A stretch of 64,000 bases of DNA from Hormiphora californensis (GCA_020137815.1 CM035353.1:7874001-7938000), one strand, 5' to 3'. Shown: positions 1 to 13,085, counted from the stretch's first letter. The notes: generated by a model from the letters alone, not told the origin. Made by a program: numbers and translations.

Positions 1-459
1 TCAAAATTTTTGGCTCGGTTAGAAAACTCATATGCCGTCCTACAGGATGTCTGTTGAAGCCAAAATAACATTGTTTATTCTTTTAACCACCGAAGGGAAG
101 TTGTAGGGAAAGATAGGGTAAATGGTTTTTTGGGTGTTTCGTGTCAATTTGTTTTAAACCCTGATAGCTGTCCAGTGTCCAGTGTCCCAAGCATTTGCGT
201 ACAACTACAAGAAAGTGTCTGTTTCAAGAATTATCAGGTAGCCGTGCGAGACCTTCACTAAAAGTAGGGTACATCAGCTACATCTCCCTAGATTCTATAG
301 AAATAATTAATTGGTTGTAGAATTACATTGATAAATTATACAAATTAAAAACAACGGAAGTTTTTAAGGTATATACACTTGTTTCATGGTGCCTCACGTC
401 ACGAGGAGGCACCATTACCAATCATCATCTCAATATAATATTATATTTATTTAAATATA

Positions 460-1304
460 CAGTCGGATCCCGATTTAACGGCACCCTCGGGGGAAAGGGT
501 TTTGTCCGTTAAATCGGGGTGTCCGTTAAATCGGGGTAGAGCATATTTGGCCCATAAAACCCTATTTTTGTCCAAAATGCCATACTAAAACACCTCTAAG
601 TGTTAAATGCAATGTCCATGTATTGATTACATGATCATTCGGGATCATTTCTGATTAGAAAAAGAAAGTAATTTCAAAATAAGTTATAAATTTTTTCTGA
701 GGTACTATATCAACCACGTCCGAATCGTTTATCGAATCAGTGCATCTTATCGCATGTCTTGCTGCTAATTAGACGAACTGATACGTGATTAGTGATACCA
801 TGCCGAATCGGGATACTTTAAGCGGGGTGAGGAAGAATTTGAATTTCAAAATATATTTTTCTCTGAAAATTCATGGGGAGCACCGATCAAAGCATTGACA
901 ATCATTATGTAAAATTTTGCAAAAAAAAGTTATGAAAATTTTTCAAAGGTGTATCAACCACGTCCGAATCGTGTTTCAAATCAGTGCATCTTATCGCACG
1001 TCCTGTCGCTAATTAGACGGTTCGAAAAGAACCGATACGTGATCCCCATGAGGCCAGTTTAACAAGCGTCAAAATTGCGATTCGATGGGCCTCATGGGGA
1101 TCACATATCTGTTCGTTTCGAACCGTCTAATTACCGGCAAGACATGCAATAAGATGCACCGATTCGCAACACGATTCGGACGTGGTTTTTCAAAAAAATT
1201 TCAAAAAAAAAATTCAAAAAAATTCAAAAATTTTGGGGGAAATTTATCCTGCCGTTAAATCGGGGTGCCGCTAAATCGGGGGCCGTTAAATCGGGGTCCG
1301 ACTG
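460..1304. mobile_element. Non-autonomous Tc1/mariner-pogo type MITE
   Basis: TA|CAGTCGGA(T/C)CCCGATTTAACGG...CCGTTAAATCGGGGTCCGACTG|TA termini, subterminal TAAATCGGGG repeats, no ORF; family copies at 10169-11024 and 8717-8880. Confidence 0.85.
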
Positions 1305-1340
1305 TATAATGTAATATTATTATTATTATTATCTAATTAT

Positions 1341-1890
1341 CTATGGAGGTCGGAGGAACGACCTACTCAATACAGACCAATCTGGGTATAGGGCGGGGCA
1401 TGATTGTTGTGAAACGCTACTTGCTGGAATGTTTAATGACCTGTTGAAGGATTTGGATTCTGGCAAAGTATCGGCCCTTCTGCTGCTTGATATGAGTGCG
1501 GCTTTCGATACTGCACTGTGGATCATTCGAAGCTGATTGGAAATTGGAGGCAAGATTTGGGGTAAGAGGATCTGCGCTTGAATGGTTTAGCAAAAGGACT
1601 TTTAAAGTGAATGTTCGTGGGGAACTCTCGGCGGCGATTGTACTAATCTGTGGAGTCCCACAGGGGTACCTTCTTGGACCTGTTTTATTCTTGCTGTACA
1701 TTGAGGAACTTCAGGATATTGTTCGTCCCTATGGCCTAAGGATCAAACTGTATGCGGACGACTCTTAGATATACTTTGGACTGGTTCCGAGTAAAAAGAC
1801 CCTAGAGGATTGTCTCAAGAATGTGAAAACATGGACGGTTAACTAATGAGGACAAGACTGAGTTTTTACTGTTGGGAAAGACAAGCTAGG
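1341..1890 (+). pseudogene. Non-LTR (CR1/L2-like) reverse transcriptase fragment
   Basis: Translated motifs LLLLDMSAAFDT, GVPQGxxLGPVLFLLYI and LYADD across frames; truncated with stops. Confidence 0.85.
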
Positions 1891-3182
1891 GGGATAGTTT
1901 GTATGCAATTTGACAGCCCTAAACCAAGCCATTGACAACATTTTATATTTACCGAAAATGACATTTTAAGATTATTTCGTAATAATTGCTTCAGAGTTCA
2001 GGTCCTGCGGAATTTCCACACTAGAAAGATTGGAACTGGGCCTTGGATTTTGGAACTTGTCAAGTACAGTCCCAAGTTACTGTACCACAAATTTGACGGA
2101 CACCTTTTGTGTGGGTTTTATTTTATTGAGGTTAACATGCTAAAAAAGTGTAAAATGCCAAAAAAGTGTCGATTTTGGGGGGGTCTTCTGACAGACAATT
2201 TACTCCTACTTCAACTATTGTGACAAGTGAAATAGTAGGGTCGGTTGTGGGAAGTTGGGTCTGGAATTTTAAATTTGACTTGCTGATATGATTATAAGGG
2301 ACTCTATAAAAAGTCCAAAGTACCATCCCATAGGTCTCTACCACCCCCGGTTCACTAATTAGTCGTAATTATGTGATTTATGACGTTATCGCCAATTAGC
2401 ACTAATAATACCAGTTCCTGGTCACTTAGCTTTAGAGCTTAGATTTTGATACCAGCTGATAGAGGATCACTAGATTAGTGGGCATTCAAAATTTTAGGCC
2501 GATCGGAGTTATGGTCGAGGAGTTATAACCGTTTCTCCGTTTGGCTGGCGGTTGGCTGGCACCACGTGGGATTACGGGTTTAGGTCGTCGTGGGAGGTCG
2601 TCATTGGTCGCGTTCGATCGGGCTCGATGAGGTGATCAAAACCTAGTGGGGCCAGACCCTGGCCCCACCCCGTTCTTGGGTTATTGGTCTTTTTCGGTTT
2701 CCCGCCAAAATATTTTCCCGCCAAAACCGAAAAAGCCTAATAACCTTAGAACGGGGTGGGGCCAAGGTCTGGCCCCACTAGGTTTTGATCACCTCATCGA
2801 GCCCGATCGAACGCGACCAATGACGACCTCCTACGACGACCTAAACCCGTAATCCCACGTGGTGCCAGCCAACCGCCAGCCAAACGGAAAAACGGTTATA
2901 ACTCCTCGACCATAACTCCGATCGGCCTAAAATTTTGAAAGCCCACTAATCTAGTGATCCTTTATCAGCTGGTATCAAAATCTAAGCTCTAAGTGACCAG
3001 GAACTAGTATTATTAGTGCTAATTGGCGATAACGTCATAAATCACATAATTACGACTAATTAGTGAACCGGGGGTGGTAGAGACCTATGGGATGGTACTT
3101 TGGACTTTTTACAGAGTCCCTAATCATATCAGCAAGTCCAATTTAAAATTCCAGACCCAACTTCCCACAACCGACCCTACTA

Positions 3183-4397
3183 AAACAAGGTTTTACAAAA
3201 TCAACAAATGTTTCACGCAAAAGCTGCGATCGTCAGGATTAACAAGAATAAATGCATTATGTTTCATAATGCTATGTTTCCCCGCCAGCCTTTCATTTCT
3301 AACACGAAGGAGGGACAGACGACAGACGTTTCGGAAATCAGATCATTTATAAATCAAGCAAACAGTATAGAACAAATCCTTGTGTTTTAGTAGCACTAAA
3401 TTGCGCACCACATTGCGGAATTGCGCGACACACAATTCCTGAAAACGTGTCAATGAAGTGGTTTATGAAGGAGCAGGTTGTTGTTGTGTGCGCGGCTCTA
3501 GTTGCTACATGTTGCCCCTCGTAACCTGAAACGGGACAAGAGAGCTGACTTGCTACACATAGTCACTATATCCGTTTAGATTTCTAAACCCCTATGCCTT
3601 TTTGCAAAAGGCATCCGGGTGAAGGCCTTCGGCCTTCACCCGGGCGGGGAAAAATGTAAACTTGTTCACTCGTTAACAATCCTCTGCTCCTTCATAAAGG
3701 TGGATGTTTCATTTGTTTCACCGCTAGGACAGAGACATAAGACATGACATAACATGGCGATTATTAGCCAAAGCTCGCACATATGAACCTGGAAATATAA
3801 CCTGTAATCTGTGTCTGGCAGAGAAATACCACATCCTAAAAGGGAAGGACCTGATAAACAGGAAGAGCGAACTGTTAAACAAGTGTCCACACAAGAGGAA
3901 GTATCTAGCGGTGAAATAAATGAAACATCCACCTTTATGAAGGAGCAGAGGATTGTTAACGAGTGAACAAGTTTACATTTTTTCCCCGCCCGGGTGAATG
4001 CCGAAGGCATTCACCCGGATGCCTTTTGCAAAAAGGCATAGGGGTTTAGAATTCGACAAGTGTCACGCTTTTTTTGTCCCGTGACGTAACCCAATTAGTT
4101 GCGAGGGACAACGGTGTTGCTCCTTCATCAAATACTTCAATGGCACGTTTTCAGGAAATGTGAGCCGCGCAATGTGGCGCACAATTTAGTGCTACTAAAA
4201 CACAATGATTTGTTCTATACGGTTTGAGTGATTCATAAATGATCGAAAATTTCTGTCCCGCCTTCACATTAGATAGTTATGAAAATAAAGGTTGGCGGGG
4301 AAACATAGTATTATAAAACATAATGCAATTATTCTTGTTAATCCTGACGATCGCAGCTTTTGCGTGAAACATTTGTTGATTTTGTAAAACCTTGTTT
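3183..4397. mobile_element. Foldback element with long TIRs (AAACAAGG...CCTTGTTT) inserted in the palindrome arm
   Basis: 3183-3480 is the reverse complement of about 4110-4397; it interrupts the arm of the previous palindrome. Confidence 0.75.
3583..4051. repeat. Inner palindrome with about 145-bp arms, each containing a GAA-triloop minihairpin
   Basis: TCTAAACCCCTATGCC...CCGCTAG mirrored at 3905-4051; CCGGGTGAAGGCC-TTC-GGCCTTCACCCGG at about 3615-3643. Confidence 0.8.
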
Positions 4398-4508
4398 CAC
4401 TTGTCACAATAGTTCAGCTCTCCGAATCCCCGGATCGAGCACTCTACCAAGTACCAGGATACAAACTTCTAAATCTAACTAGCTCCTACTTCAACCGTTT
4501 TTGCTGTA

Positions 4509-5270
4509 GGGTAAACCGGGGCAATTCGAACAACCGGGGCAATTCGAACAATGTACTGCCCGTCTCTCACCTAGTTAAGCTATCATAATGACGTCATCCT
4601 ATCTCCAGAAGAAAACTGCTCGTTCGAGCCTGCCGCGCCCGTTACCACTAAATAGGCTCTAGATCCGGTTTAAGTTGGTCAATTTCCGATTTGAAAAAAC
4701 CAGCTGAAAGCTAATAATATCAGCTTTCAGATGGTATAAAAATTATTTAAATATTCGCATGTTTTCATTCCAAATTCTGGTAAATTAAGATTACCGGGGC
4801 AATTAGAACAACCGGGGCAATTCGAACAGGGGCAATTTGGTTAACATCCGGGCCAATGATGTGCAATTCTTTGTACCACGTGATCACGCGTGATACCGGG
4901 GCAATTCGAACAAGAACGACCAGCGTGTAGATTGCGTGTAGATTACATTGTTCGAATTGCCCCCACCTCTAACAACACCAGGCGGGAATCTTCTTCTGGT
5001 GTTGTGAGGACGTTCACGTGACTCCCACGTGACGAAATAAAGCACTCCTATTGGTGTTGTCCGAATTGCCCCGGTACCATTTTTTCCGACCAAAATTTTT
5101 AAATTAGTTATTTAGTTAAGTAAATGATGGTCCCTAGAGTTGAAATTTATCTTATTTGAAAGATAAAATAATGAACTTTAATCCTATATAATTTTTTTCA
5201 TTGTATCTTTTTTTAAATGTGAGTGAGAACCGATTAAGTAAAAAGTTAACCATTTTGCCCCGGTTTACCC
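4509..5270. mobile_element. TA-flanked pogo-like MITE
   Basis: TA|GGGTAAACCGGGGCAA...TTGCCCCGGTTTACCC|TA; internal CCGGGGCAATTCGAAC repeats; an empty-site counterpart is visible on the opposite strand at about 5470-5510. Confidence 0.8.
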
Positions 5271-6016
5271 TAATTGCGAAAAACAAAAACCCATCTTCGC
5301 CATCGTGGATTTTTTGTGATTTTGTTTTTGGTGATTATAGGGACCCATATGGACCAAATAGTGAAGGAATTAGCTCGTTAAACATTTTTCCATAGTTTCG
5401 GTCCTTTCTTAGCTAAAATTCTCTAATTACAGGATATTGCAGTTTAGCTTTTGCCCTTTTCATAGAATTTGTTTTTCGCAATCACAGCAAAAACGGTTGA
5501 AGTAGGAGCAAAATGTTTTCTCAGAAGACCCCCCCAAAAATCGGACCTCTGATCGTTGTTTAAGCACATAGTCTAGGTCTCTACGATCAGCCGTTTTTGA
5601 GATACAGGGATTTATTTATTTCTGGAAATGACGGCTTTCACAAAAAAAACTCTGTACAGCTATCTCAAAAACATGAAGGACACGTCCAAAATTATATGGC
5701 ACTTAGATAACTCATTAGACGCCAAACTTTTCACCAATTTACAGCTTTCACATATTTTCGGAACTTTGCCAAATAGGGCGGCCGTAAAAATTTCTCTCCC
5801 CCATTCTAAAAGTAACAATCGAGTCACGCGCGATTTTAACGGGTGTTAAAATTTGTCATCCAACCGGACCGTCAAAATCGCGTGCGTGAGATTATACTTT
5901 TAGAAGTGGGAGAGAGAAATTAAACGGCCGCTGGTGGGTGCATGCGGGTTTAAAATCAAAATTTTAATTTTAATTTTAACTTGGGTGTGTGGTGACCCTT
6001 ACTTGGGACTGTACTT

Positions 6017-6515
6017 TAGGGTGCGCTAAGTGAAAATTGTGTCGACTTGGCCAATAGTTTATTGTTTAAGGGTAGATATGAAACTATGGACAATTGTCTA
6101 CTACATCCTGAAAACGAATTGGGTGGTTAGTGTATGTCATTGTCAATTACGTGGGCCAGGCGATTAAAAAAGTTTACTTTTTTACCGAAAAAAGGGAAAT
6201 ATGTGTGTTTTACACCACTGTTTGCCTGTTCTTGATAAACAACTTTTTTATGGGTCAGGGTCGTGTTCAGCGGTTTGATACCGATCAGAATGGATGTGGT
6301 ATCATGAAGCTAGCCAAAGTCATTTTGACCTGAAAATGTTCATTTTGGACCAAAAATGTTCATTTTGACTAAAAAATGTTCATTTTGGTCATGTTCTTCA
6401 ATTTAGAGAGCTTTTTCATGAACGGGATCGTGTTCAGCAGGTCAAAATTAGTCGGTTACAACCGGAATTTGCTTTCCGACAAATAAAATCTCAAAAAGTT
6501 AAAATTCGTCTCCAC
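6017..6515. mobile_element. Partial copy of the hAT-like MITE family seen at 43516-44334
   Basis: TAGGGTG terminus; reverse-complement similarity to about 43860-44334 (e.g. GAGCTTTTTCATGAACGGGATCGTGTTC). Confidence 0.65.
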
Positions 6516-6532
6516 TATACTCCATTTTTTTC

Positions 6533-7140
6533 TTGGTGACATTGACACCTAAATGCGAGATCGAGCTCGCACATAGGTGTCCGCTCCGCCCCCTAAAAAA
6601 GGGTCGTGTCTTTCAAGCCAAATTGCACGCGATCCACTGGACCGATTGCAATCCGGTTTGTCGCAAAGAGTACAAATTGATCCTAGTTTACTGAAAACTA
6701 CCCGAGAAGTTTGTCTGTCAACAGGAAGTGGGTCAAAATTGACACTGAAGTCAAATCTGTAATCTGGCTTCTGAGCTTTTGCACCCATCCCAGACGGTTT
6801 AGAATGAATATGAGGGTATCAGAAGATAGGTTGAACTCTTGTGAGGTACTGGAAAAAAACGGCATTAATAGCTGATGCTAATTGCATCAACATATCTCCC
6901 AATATCTTCAAATCGCATGGGCGTAGCTGAGTGCAGAAACTCTCGGAAGCCAGAATATAGATTTGACTTCAGTGTCAATTTGACCCACTTCCTGTTGAAG
7001 ACAAACTTCTCGGGTATTTTCCAGTTATATTAGGATATTTGTAGTCTTTTGCGACAAACCGGATGCAAATCGGTCCAGTGATCGCGTGCAACATCCCTTG
7101 AAAGAAACGACCCTTTTTGGGGCGGAGCAGACACCTGTGT
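6533..7140. mobile_element. Truncated copy of the TTGGTGACAT foldback (MULE-like) element
   Basis: Reverse complement of most of 8392-9197, lacking the inner mini-MITE. Confidence 0.7.
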
Positions 7141-8391
7141 CAGTGTGTGAGCTCACACTTTTTTAGCATGTTAACCTCAATAAAATAAAACCCACACAAA
7201 AGGTCAAAAGGTGTCCGTCAAATTTGTGGTACAGTTACTTGGAACGGCAGGTCGGTAGAACTTCGACAGAATTTAGGGCAGGTCAATTTGGGCAGGTCTG
7301 AATTAGGGCAGGTCTGCAGGTCTTGAATTAGGGCAGGTCAATTTAGGGCAGGTCTGAATTGGGCAGGTCAGTTAGGGCAGGTGTGAATTAGGGAGGTCTG
7401 AGTACTAGCATGTGAATGTAATCAGGGAATGTTATAGCGGGTGAGACGAGAGTATGGAACATGATTCGGGGAAGCCATCAGGAGTGTTCGACGATATGAG
7501 ACACGATTCGGTGAAGGTTTCTATCACTTTCCTCCTAGACCCTATCCCCCTCTCTGTTCGCTCTGCCTCTTTCAATTTCTCTTACTTCTCAGAGGGAGAA
7601 AGAGAGATAACCCTTAACTTTTTGAACGCTAGGAAAGCACGTAGGAATTGTAGATGTAGGCGGTCTCTTTTACCGAGAGAGAAAAGACAATGTTTAGCCC
7701 CGACCGAGAGCTGCCTACATATACACTGATAGGGAAAGCGGCGAAACCAATTTCCACGGAGGAGCTCAACAGTCTTTCTATATCGACCTCGGTAAAAAGG
7801 TAAGGGTTATCTCTTCTTCTCCATGTCTCTCTTTCTCCGTCATAGAAAAGGAAAGAGAAAAGAACGAGAAAGAAAGAGAGACATAGCGAACAACAGAGAG
7901 GGGGATAATAATAATAATAATAATATAACGCTTGTATACGCCAGTTACACCATGGGTACGTCTACAAAGGTAGGGCTGGTCCCATGTTGCATCTAACCAA
8001 TTGCTTATATATAGGGATGGAAAGGATAGAACCCTTCCCCGAATCGTATCTCATATCCTCGTCTAACACTTGATTGGCTTCCCCGAATCATGTTCCAGAG
8101 GGGGTATAGGGTCTAGGGAGGAGCGATGGAAAGCGATAACCCTCACCGATCGTGTCTCATATCGTCTAACACTCCTGATGGCTTCCCCGAATCATGTTCC
8201 AGAGAGGGGTATAGGTCTAGGGATGGAAGCGATAGAACCCTTCACCGAATCGTATCTCATATCCATCGTCGAACACTCCTGATTGGCTTCCCGAATCATC
8301 TTCTAGAGGGGGTATAGGGTCTAGGGATGGAAAGCGATAGAACCCTTCCCCGAATCGTGTCTCATATCCATCGTCGAACACTCCTATTGGC

Positions 8392-9197
8392 TTGGTGACA
8401 TAGAAAACGTGGGACGCCAAGATTGAGCTCACAACCAGGTGTCTGCTCCGCCCCAAAAAGGGTCGTTTCTTTTAAGGGATGTTGCACGCGATCGGACCGA
8501 TTTGCATCCGGTTTGTCGCAAAAGACTACAAATTGAATACATATACTGGAAATACCCGAGAGTTTGTCTGTCAACAGGAATTGGGGCAAAATTGACACTG
8601 AAGTCAAACTAATCTGGCTTCCGAGAGTTTTCTGCACTTCGCCCATGCGGTTTTAGAAGATTGGGAGATATGTTGATGCAATTAGCATCAGAATTGATGC
8701 CGGGTATTTTCCAGTACAGTGGACCCCGATTTAGGGCACCCTCGGGGGAAAGGCTCTTGTCCACTAAATCGGGGTGTCCACTAAATCGGGGTCAAATAAG
8801 GTTAATTTCCTAAGGGGGAAAAATCAGTCCCTAAATCGGGGGTGCCACTAAATCGGGGGCCCTAAATCGGGGTCCGACTGTACTTAAAAGGCCTCAAAAC
8901 CTATCTTCTGATACCCTTAGATTCATTCAAACGCTCTGAGATGGTGCAAAAAGGCTCGGAAGCCAGATTATAGATTTGACTTTAGTGTCAATTTTTGACA
9001 TCCACCTGTTGACAGGACAAACTTCTCGGGTATTTTCCAGTAAACTAGGACCAATTTGCAGTCTTTTGGCACAAGTGGGATGTAAATCGGTCCAGTGGAT
9101 ATCACTGGCAATGCAATTTGGCTTGAAAGACACGACCTTTTTTAGGGGGCGGAGCAGACACCTATGTGCGAGCTCGATTAGGTGTCAATGTCACCAA
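8392..9197. mobile_element. Foldback MITE, Mutator/MULE-like (approx. 9-bp TSD)
   Basis: TTGGTGACAT...ATGTCACCAA termini, long imperfect TIRs, flanks CCTATTGGC and CTGATTGGC within the host 90-bp repeat. Confidence 0.65.
8717..8880. mobile_element. 164-bp mini-MITE related to the 460-1304 family
   Basis: TA|CAGTGGACCCCGATTTAG...CTAAATCGGGGTCCGACTG|TA. Confidence 0.8.
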
Positions 9198-9589
9198 CTG
9201 ATTGGCTTCCCCGAATCAGTTCCATATCTCGTATCGCTCCAACCGCTAATAAGCTTCCCCGAATCGCATTCACATGCTTAGTACTCAGACCTACCGCCCC
9301 TAAATTCAGACCTGCCCTAAATTGACCTGCCCTAAATTCAGACTGCCCTAAATTCAGACCTGCCTACAATTGACCTGCCCTTAATTGTGCGAGTTTACCG
9401 ACCTGCCCTTGGAACTTACTTGACAAGTTCCAAAATCCAGGCCCAGTTCCAATCTTTCTATTGGAAATTAACCTGGACCTGAACTCTGAAGCAATTATTA
9501 CGAAATATCTTAAAATGTCATTTCGTGGTAAATAATAAATGTTGTCAAGGGTGGTTTAGGGCTGTCAAAATTGCATACAACTATCCCCT

Positions 9590-10135
9590 AGCTTGTCTTT
9601 CCCAAACGTAAAAACCAGTCTGTCCTCATTAAAACCGTCCATGTTTTCACATTCTTGAGAACATCCTCTAGGGTCTTTTTACTCGGAACCAAGTCCAAAT
9701 ATATCTAAGAGTCGTCCGCATACAGTTTGATCCTTAGCCATAGGGACGAACAATATCCTGAAGTTCCTCAATGTACAGCAAGAATAAAAAACAGGTCCAA
9801 GAAGGTACCCCCTGTGGGACTCCACAGATTAGTACAATCGCCGCCGAGAGTTCCCCACGAACATTCACTTTAAAAGTCCTTTTGCTAACCATTCAAGCGC
9901 AGATCTTTACCCCCAAATCTTGCCTCCAATTTCCAATCAGCTTCGAATGATCCAGTGCAGTTGCGTATCGAAGCCGCACTCAATCAAGCAGCAGAAGGGC
10001 CGATACTTTGCCAGAATCCAAATCCTTCAACAGGTCATTAAACATTCCAGCAATGAGCGTTTCACAATAATCATGCCCCGCCCTATACCCAGTTGGTCTG
10101 TTGTATGAGTAGGTCGTTCTCCGACCTCCATAGAT
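9590..10135 (-). pseudogene. Inverted copy of the LINE RT fragment
   Basis: Reverse complement of 1341-1890 with extra indels. Confidence 0.8.
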
Positions 10136-10168
10136 AAGTTAGATAATAATAATAATAATATTACTATA

Positions 10169-11024
10169 CAGTCGGACCCCGATTTAACGGCCCCCGATTT
10201 AGCGGCACACCCGATTTAACGGCAGGAAAATTTCCCCCAAAATTTTTGATTTTTTTGAAATTTTTTTTGAAATTTTTTTGAAAAACCACGTCCGAATCGT
10301 GTTGCGAATCGGTGCATCTATTGCATGTCTTTCCGGTAATTAGACGGTTGAAACGAACAGATATGTGATCCCCATGAGGCCCATCGAATCGCATTTTGAC
10401 GCTTGTTAAACTGGCCTCATGGGGATCACGTATCGGTTCTTTTCGAACCGTCTAATTAGCGAAGCAGGACGTGCGATAAGATGCACTGATTTGAAACACG
10501 ATTCGGACGTGGTTTGAACACCTTTGAAAAATTTTCATAACTTTTTTTTGCAAAATTACTAAATGATTGTCAATGCTTTGATCGGTGCTCCCCATGAATT
10601 TTCAGAGAAAATATTATTTTGAAATCAAATTCTTCCTCACCCCCGCTTAAAGTATCCCGATTCGGCATGGTATACTAATCACGTATCAGTTCGCTACTAA
10701 TTAGCAGCAAGACATGCGATAAAGATGCACTGATTCGATAAACGATTCGGGACGTGGTTGATTAGTACCTCAGAAAAAATTTATAACTTTATTTGAAATT
10801 ACTTTCTTTTTCTAATCAAAATGATCCCGATGATCATGTAATCAATACATGGACATTGCATTTAACACTTAGAGTGTGTTTTGGTGTTAGTTGGCATTTT
10901 GGACAAAAATAGGGTTTTATGGGCCAAATATGCTCTACCCCGCCCCCCGATTTAAACGGACACCCCGATTTAACGGACAAAACACCTCTTCCCCCGAGGA
11001 TCCCGGTAAATCGGGGTCCGACTG
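10169..11024. mobile_element. Second full copy of the pogo-type MITE (inside the inverted duplication)
   Basis: TA|CAGTCGGACCCCG...CGGGGTCCGACTG|TA. Confidence 0.8.
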
Positions 11025-12461
11025 TATATTTAAATAAATATAATATTATATTGAGATGATGATTGGTAATGGTGCCTCCTCGTGACGTGGGGCAACCCAT
11101 GAAACAAGTGTAGATACGCTAAAAACTTCCGTTGTTTTTTAATTTGTAATAATTTATCAATGTAATTCTACAACCAATTGAATTTTTTCTATAGAATCTA
11201 GGGAGATTGTAGATGAGTGTACGCTATTTTAGTGAAGGCCCTCGCCCGGCTACTGATAATTTTTGAAACAGACAACTTTCTATGAGTTGTACGCAAATCT
11301 TGGGACACTGGACACTGGACAGCTATCAGGGTTTTAAAAACAAATTGACACCGAACACCCAAAAAACGCATTTACCCTATTTCCCTACAACTTCCTTCGT
11401 GAATTCGGTGGTTAAAGATAAACAATGTTTTTTTGGCTTCAACAGACATCCTGTAGGACGGCATATGAGCTTTTTCTAACCGAGCCAAAATTTTGATTTT
11501 TACCGGCGTGTTTTTCTTTCAGAGCTCGGGTTTCTAAAGAACACAAACCAAACCAGAAAAAAGCCATTAATAATCATCAATTTGGTAAGGGGAGGGGAAA
11601 AATGCTCTATTTAACAATCTTTCACCATCACAATTTAATGATTAATCAAAATTTTTCCAGAAATTCAGGATATCAACATATTTTTTATACATTTACGACT
11701 AACTAATGTCTGAGAGAGAAGGGCAATTATGGTATGAAATGTTGGTAGATTTTCAAAAAAAATGGTTGGGGGAGAAAAGCGGGAAACAACTCATTTGGAT
11801 GTTGCTACATGTTACCCCCCTTTCCCCTCTGCGCGCCCCACTCGCCCGTTTTTCCTATGTTACGCTCCCTCTTTTCCTCCATTACACGCCACGTTTTCCC
11901 TGTTATGCTTCCTGTCTTTTCCTCCCGCTCCCCGCCTACCTTTTTCTTCCCTCCTTTTTTACGCTTACCTACGATTTTCCCGCTTGCTCTCTTTTCCTTT
12001 CCCTAAATATCTTTCCCCTTACTCCCCGGTCCTCTTCTGCGGCCTTCGTTTCTTGTATAGACAAAAAGGGGCCTACCGATGTCTTTTCGTAGAGATGAAG
12101 TATGGGACTCGAGGGCAAAAAGAAGTTGGGTAGGAGTAAGGGGAACTAGGAAGTATTCGAAAAGGGAAGGTGAAGTGGTCGAGTGGGGAAAGGTTGGTAG
12201 GTCCTAGGTTGAGTTGGTCAATATGAGTAGGTGTCGGTCTGTGGGGATTCGTTATAATGACGTATGCGGAACGTTCATTAGAGGCGCGTTTTGGAATCAG
12301 ACAAAGAAGCAAAAGAACACCGCGATATATTTTAAAAAAAGGTGTAGGAAAGAATAAGCGCCGTAATTAATAGACCCCAGGATGTACAACATTGCTTGAA
12401 TCCAACCGTTACATTCAACTTCAACCGCCCGAAACAACCGCAATAAAACAACCACCATATC

Positions 12462-13017
12462 ATGGCAACCGTATCGGCACTGTCACAACCAAGGTTCAAG
12501 AAACGGCCGCATCCAAAGAAGCCGCATCGGAGACTCATCAGGACAAGGAGTGATGGGCCGCGCCGGGCCCATCGCTGTCTTGCAAACCGCTCCGAAGGCT
12601 CGAAGATTGCCATTCTCCAAGTACATTAGGCCAACTACAAGGTCGGAGATAGGCACGAATCCATACTCAGGTCTATGCCCTTCTCAGGGGCTCCAGGCTG
12701 GAGCTCTTGTAAAAAGAGTAGTGGAGTTGGTATGCTCCGGAATACTTTCAAAAAACTGGCTGTGCTGCCAGGTTTGAAAGGAGACCGCTGCTGCCAAGAA
12801 AACCTGCTGCCAAGGAAGCCTGCTTGGTCAAGAAAACCTGCTGCCAAGACGCGCCGCCCAAGAAGACTGCTCTGCCTACCCCCAAGAAGAAGGCTTGCCC
12901 TGCCCCAAAGAAGAAGAAGACTGCTTGTTGCCAAGAAGTTCCCCCCAAGCAAGAGCAGTTTGCAGCACGGAAGAAAGCCAACTGCGAAGAAGGTACCCCA
13001 AAGCAGCTAAAAAGTAA
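12462..13017 (+). pseudogene. H1: Histone H1 (frame-disrupted as assembled: pseudogene or unpolished sequence)
   Basis: Lys/Ala/Pro-rich tail codons collinear with the clean copy at 24859-25038; remnants of SKYIxANY and GASGSFKL; stem-loop 54 bp after the stop. Confidence 0.75.
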
Positions 13018-13070
13018 ACTGTGAATCTGTTGTGTTCAACATTCTTCTAAAGTAACTTGCTTAGAAACAC

Positions 13071-13085
13071 GGCTTTTTTCAAGCC
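13071..13085 (+). promoter_or_regulatory. Histone 3' stem-loop (H1)
   Basis: GGCTT-TTTTC-AAGCC followed by AAAAGAAA. Confidence 0.7.

Larger units (their letters stand above)
2215..4417. repeat. Long near-perfect palindrome (arms about 2215-2705 and 2715-3182 plus 4395-4417)
   Basis: GTAGGGTCGGTTGTGGGAAGTTGGG at 2235 mirrors CCCAACTTCCCACAACCGACCCTAC at 3156-3180; the right arm resumes (TTTCACTTGTCACAATAGTT) after the insert ending at 4397. Confidence 0.85.
2067..6011. mobile_element. TA-flanked TIR element acting as a container for nested foldbacks
   Basis: TA|CAGTCCCAAGT at 2067 and ACTTGGGACTG|TA at 6011; TIR is short, so pairing is inferred. Confidence 0.55.
7246..9407. mobile_element. 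Non-autonomous Merlin-like DNA transposon (GG termini, 8-bp TSD)
   Basis: CTTGGAAC|GGCAGGTCGGTA...TACCGACCTGCC|CTTGGAAC; subterminal arrays of AATTTAGGGCAGGTC; internal ~90-bp repeats at 8020-8390. Confidence 0.75.
7155..11496 (-). repeat. Inverted duplicate of 1-2151, interrupted by 7246-9415
   Basis: Window start TCAAAATTTTTGGCTCGGTTAG mirrors CTAACCGAGCCAAAATTTTGA at 11476-11496; collinear MITE and RT copies; 2075-2151 mirrors 7155-7243. Confidence 0.9.
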
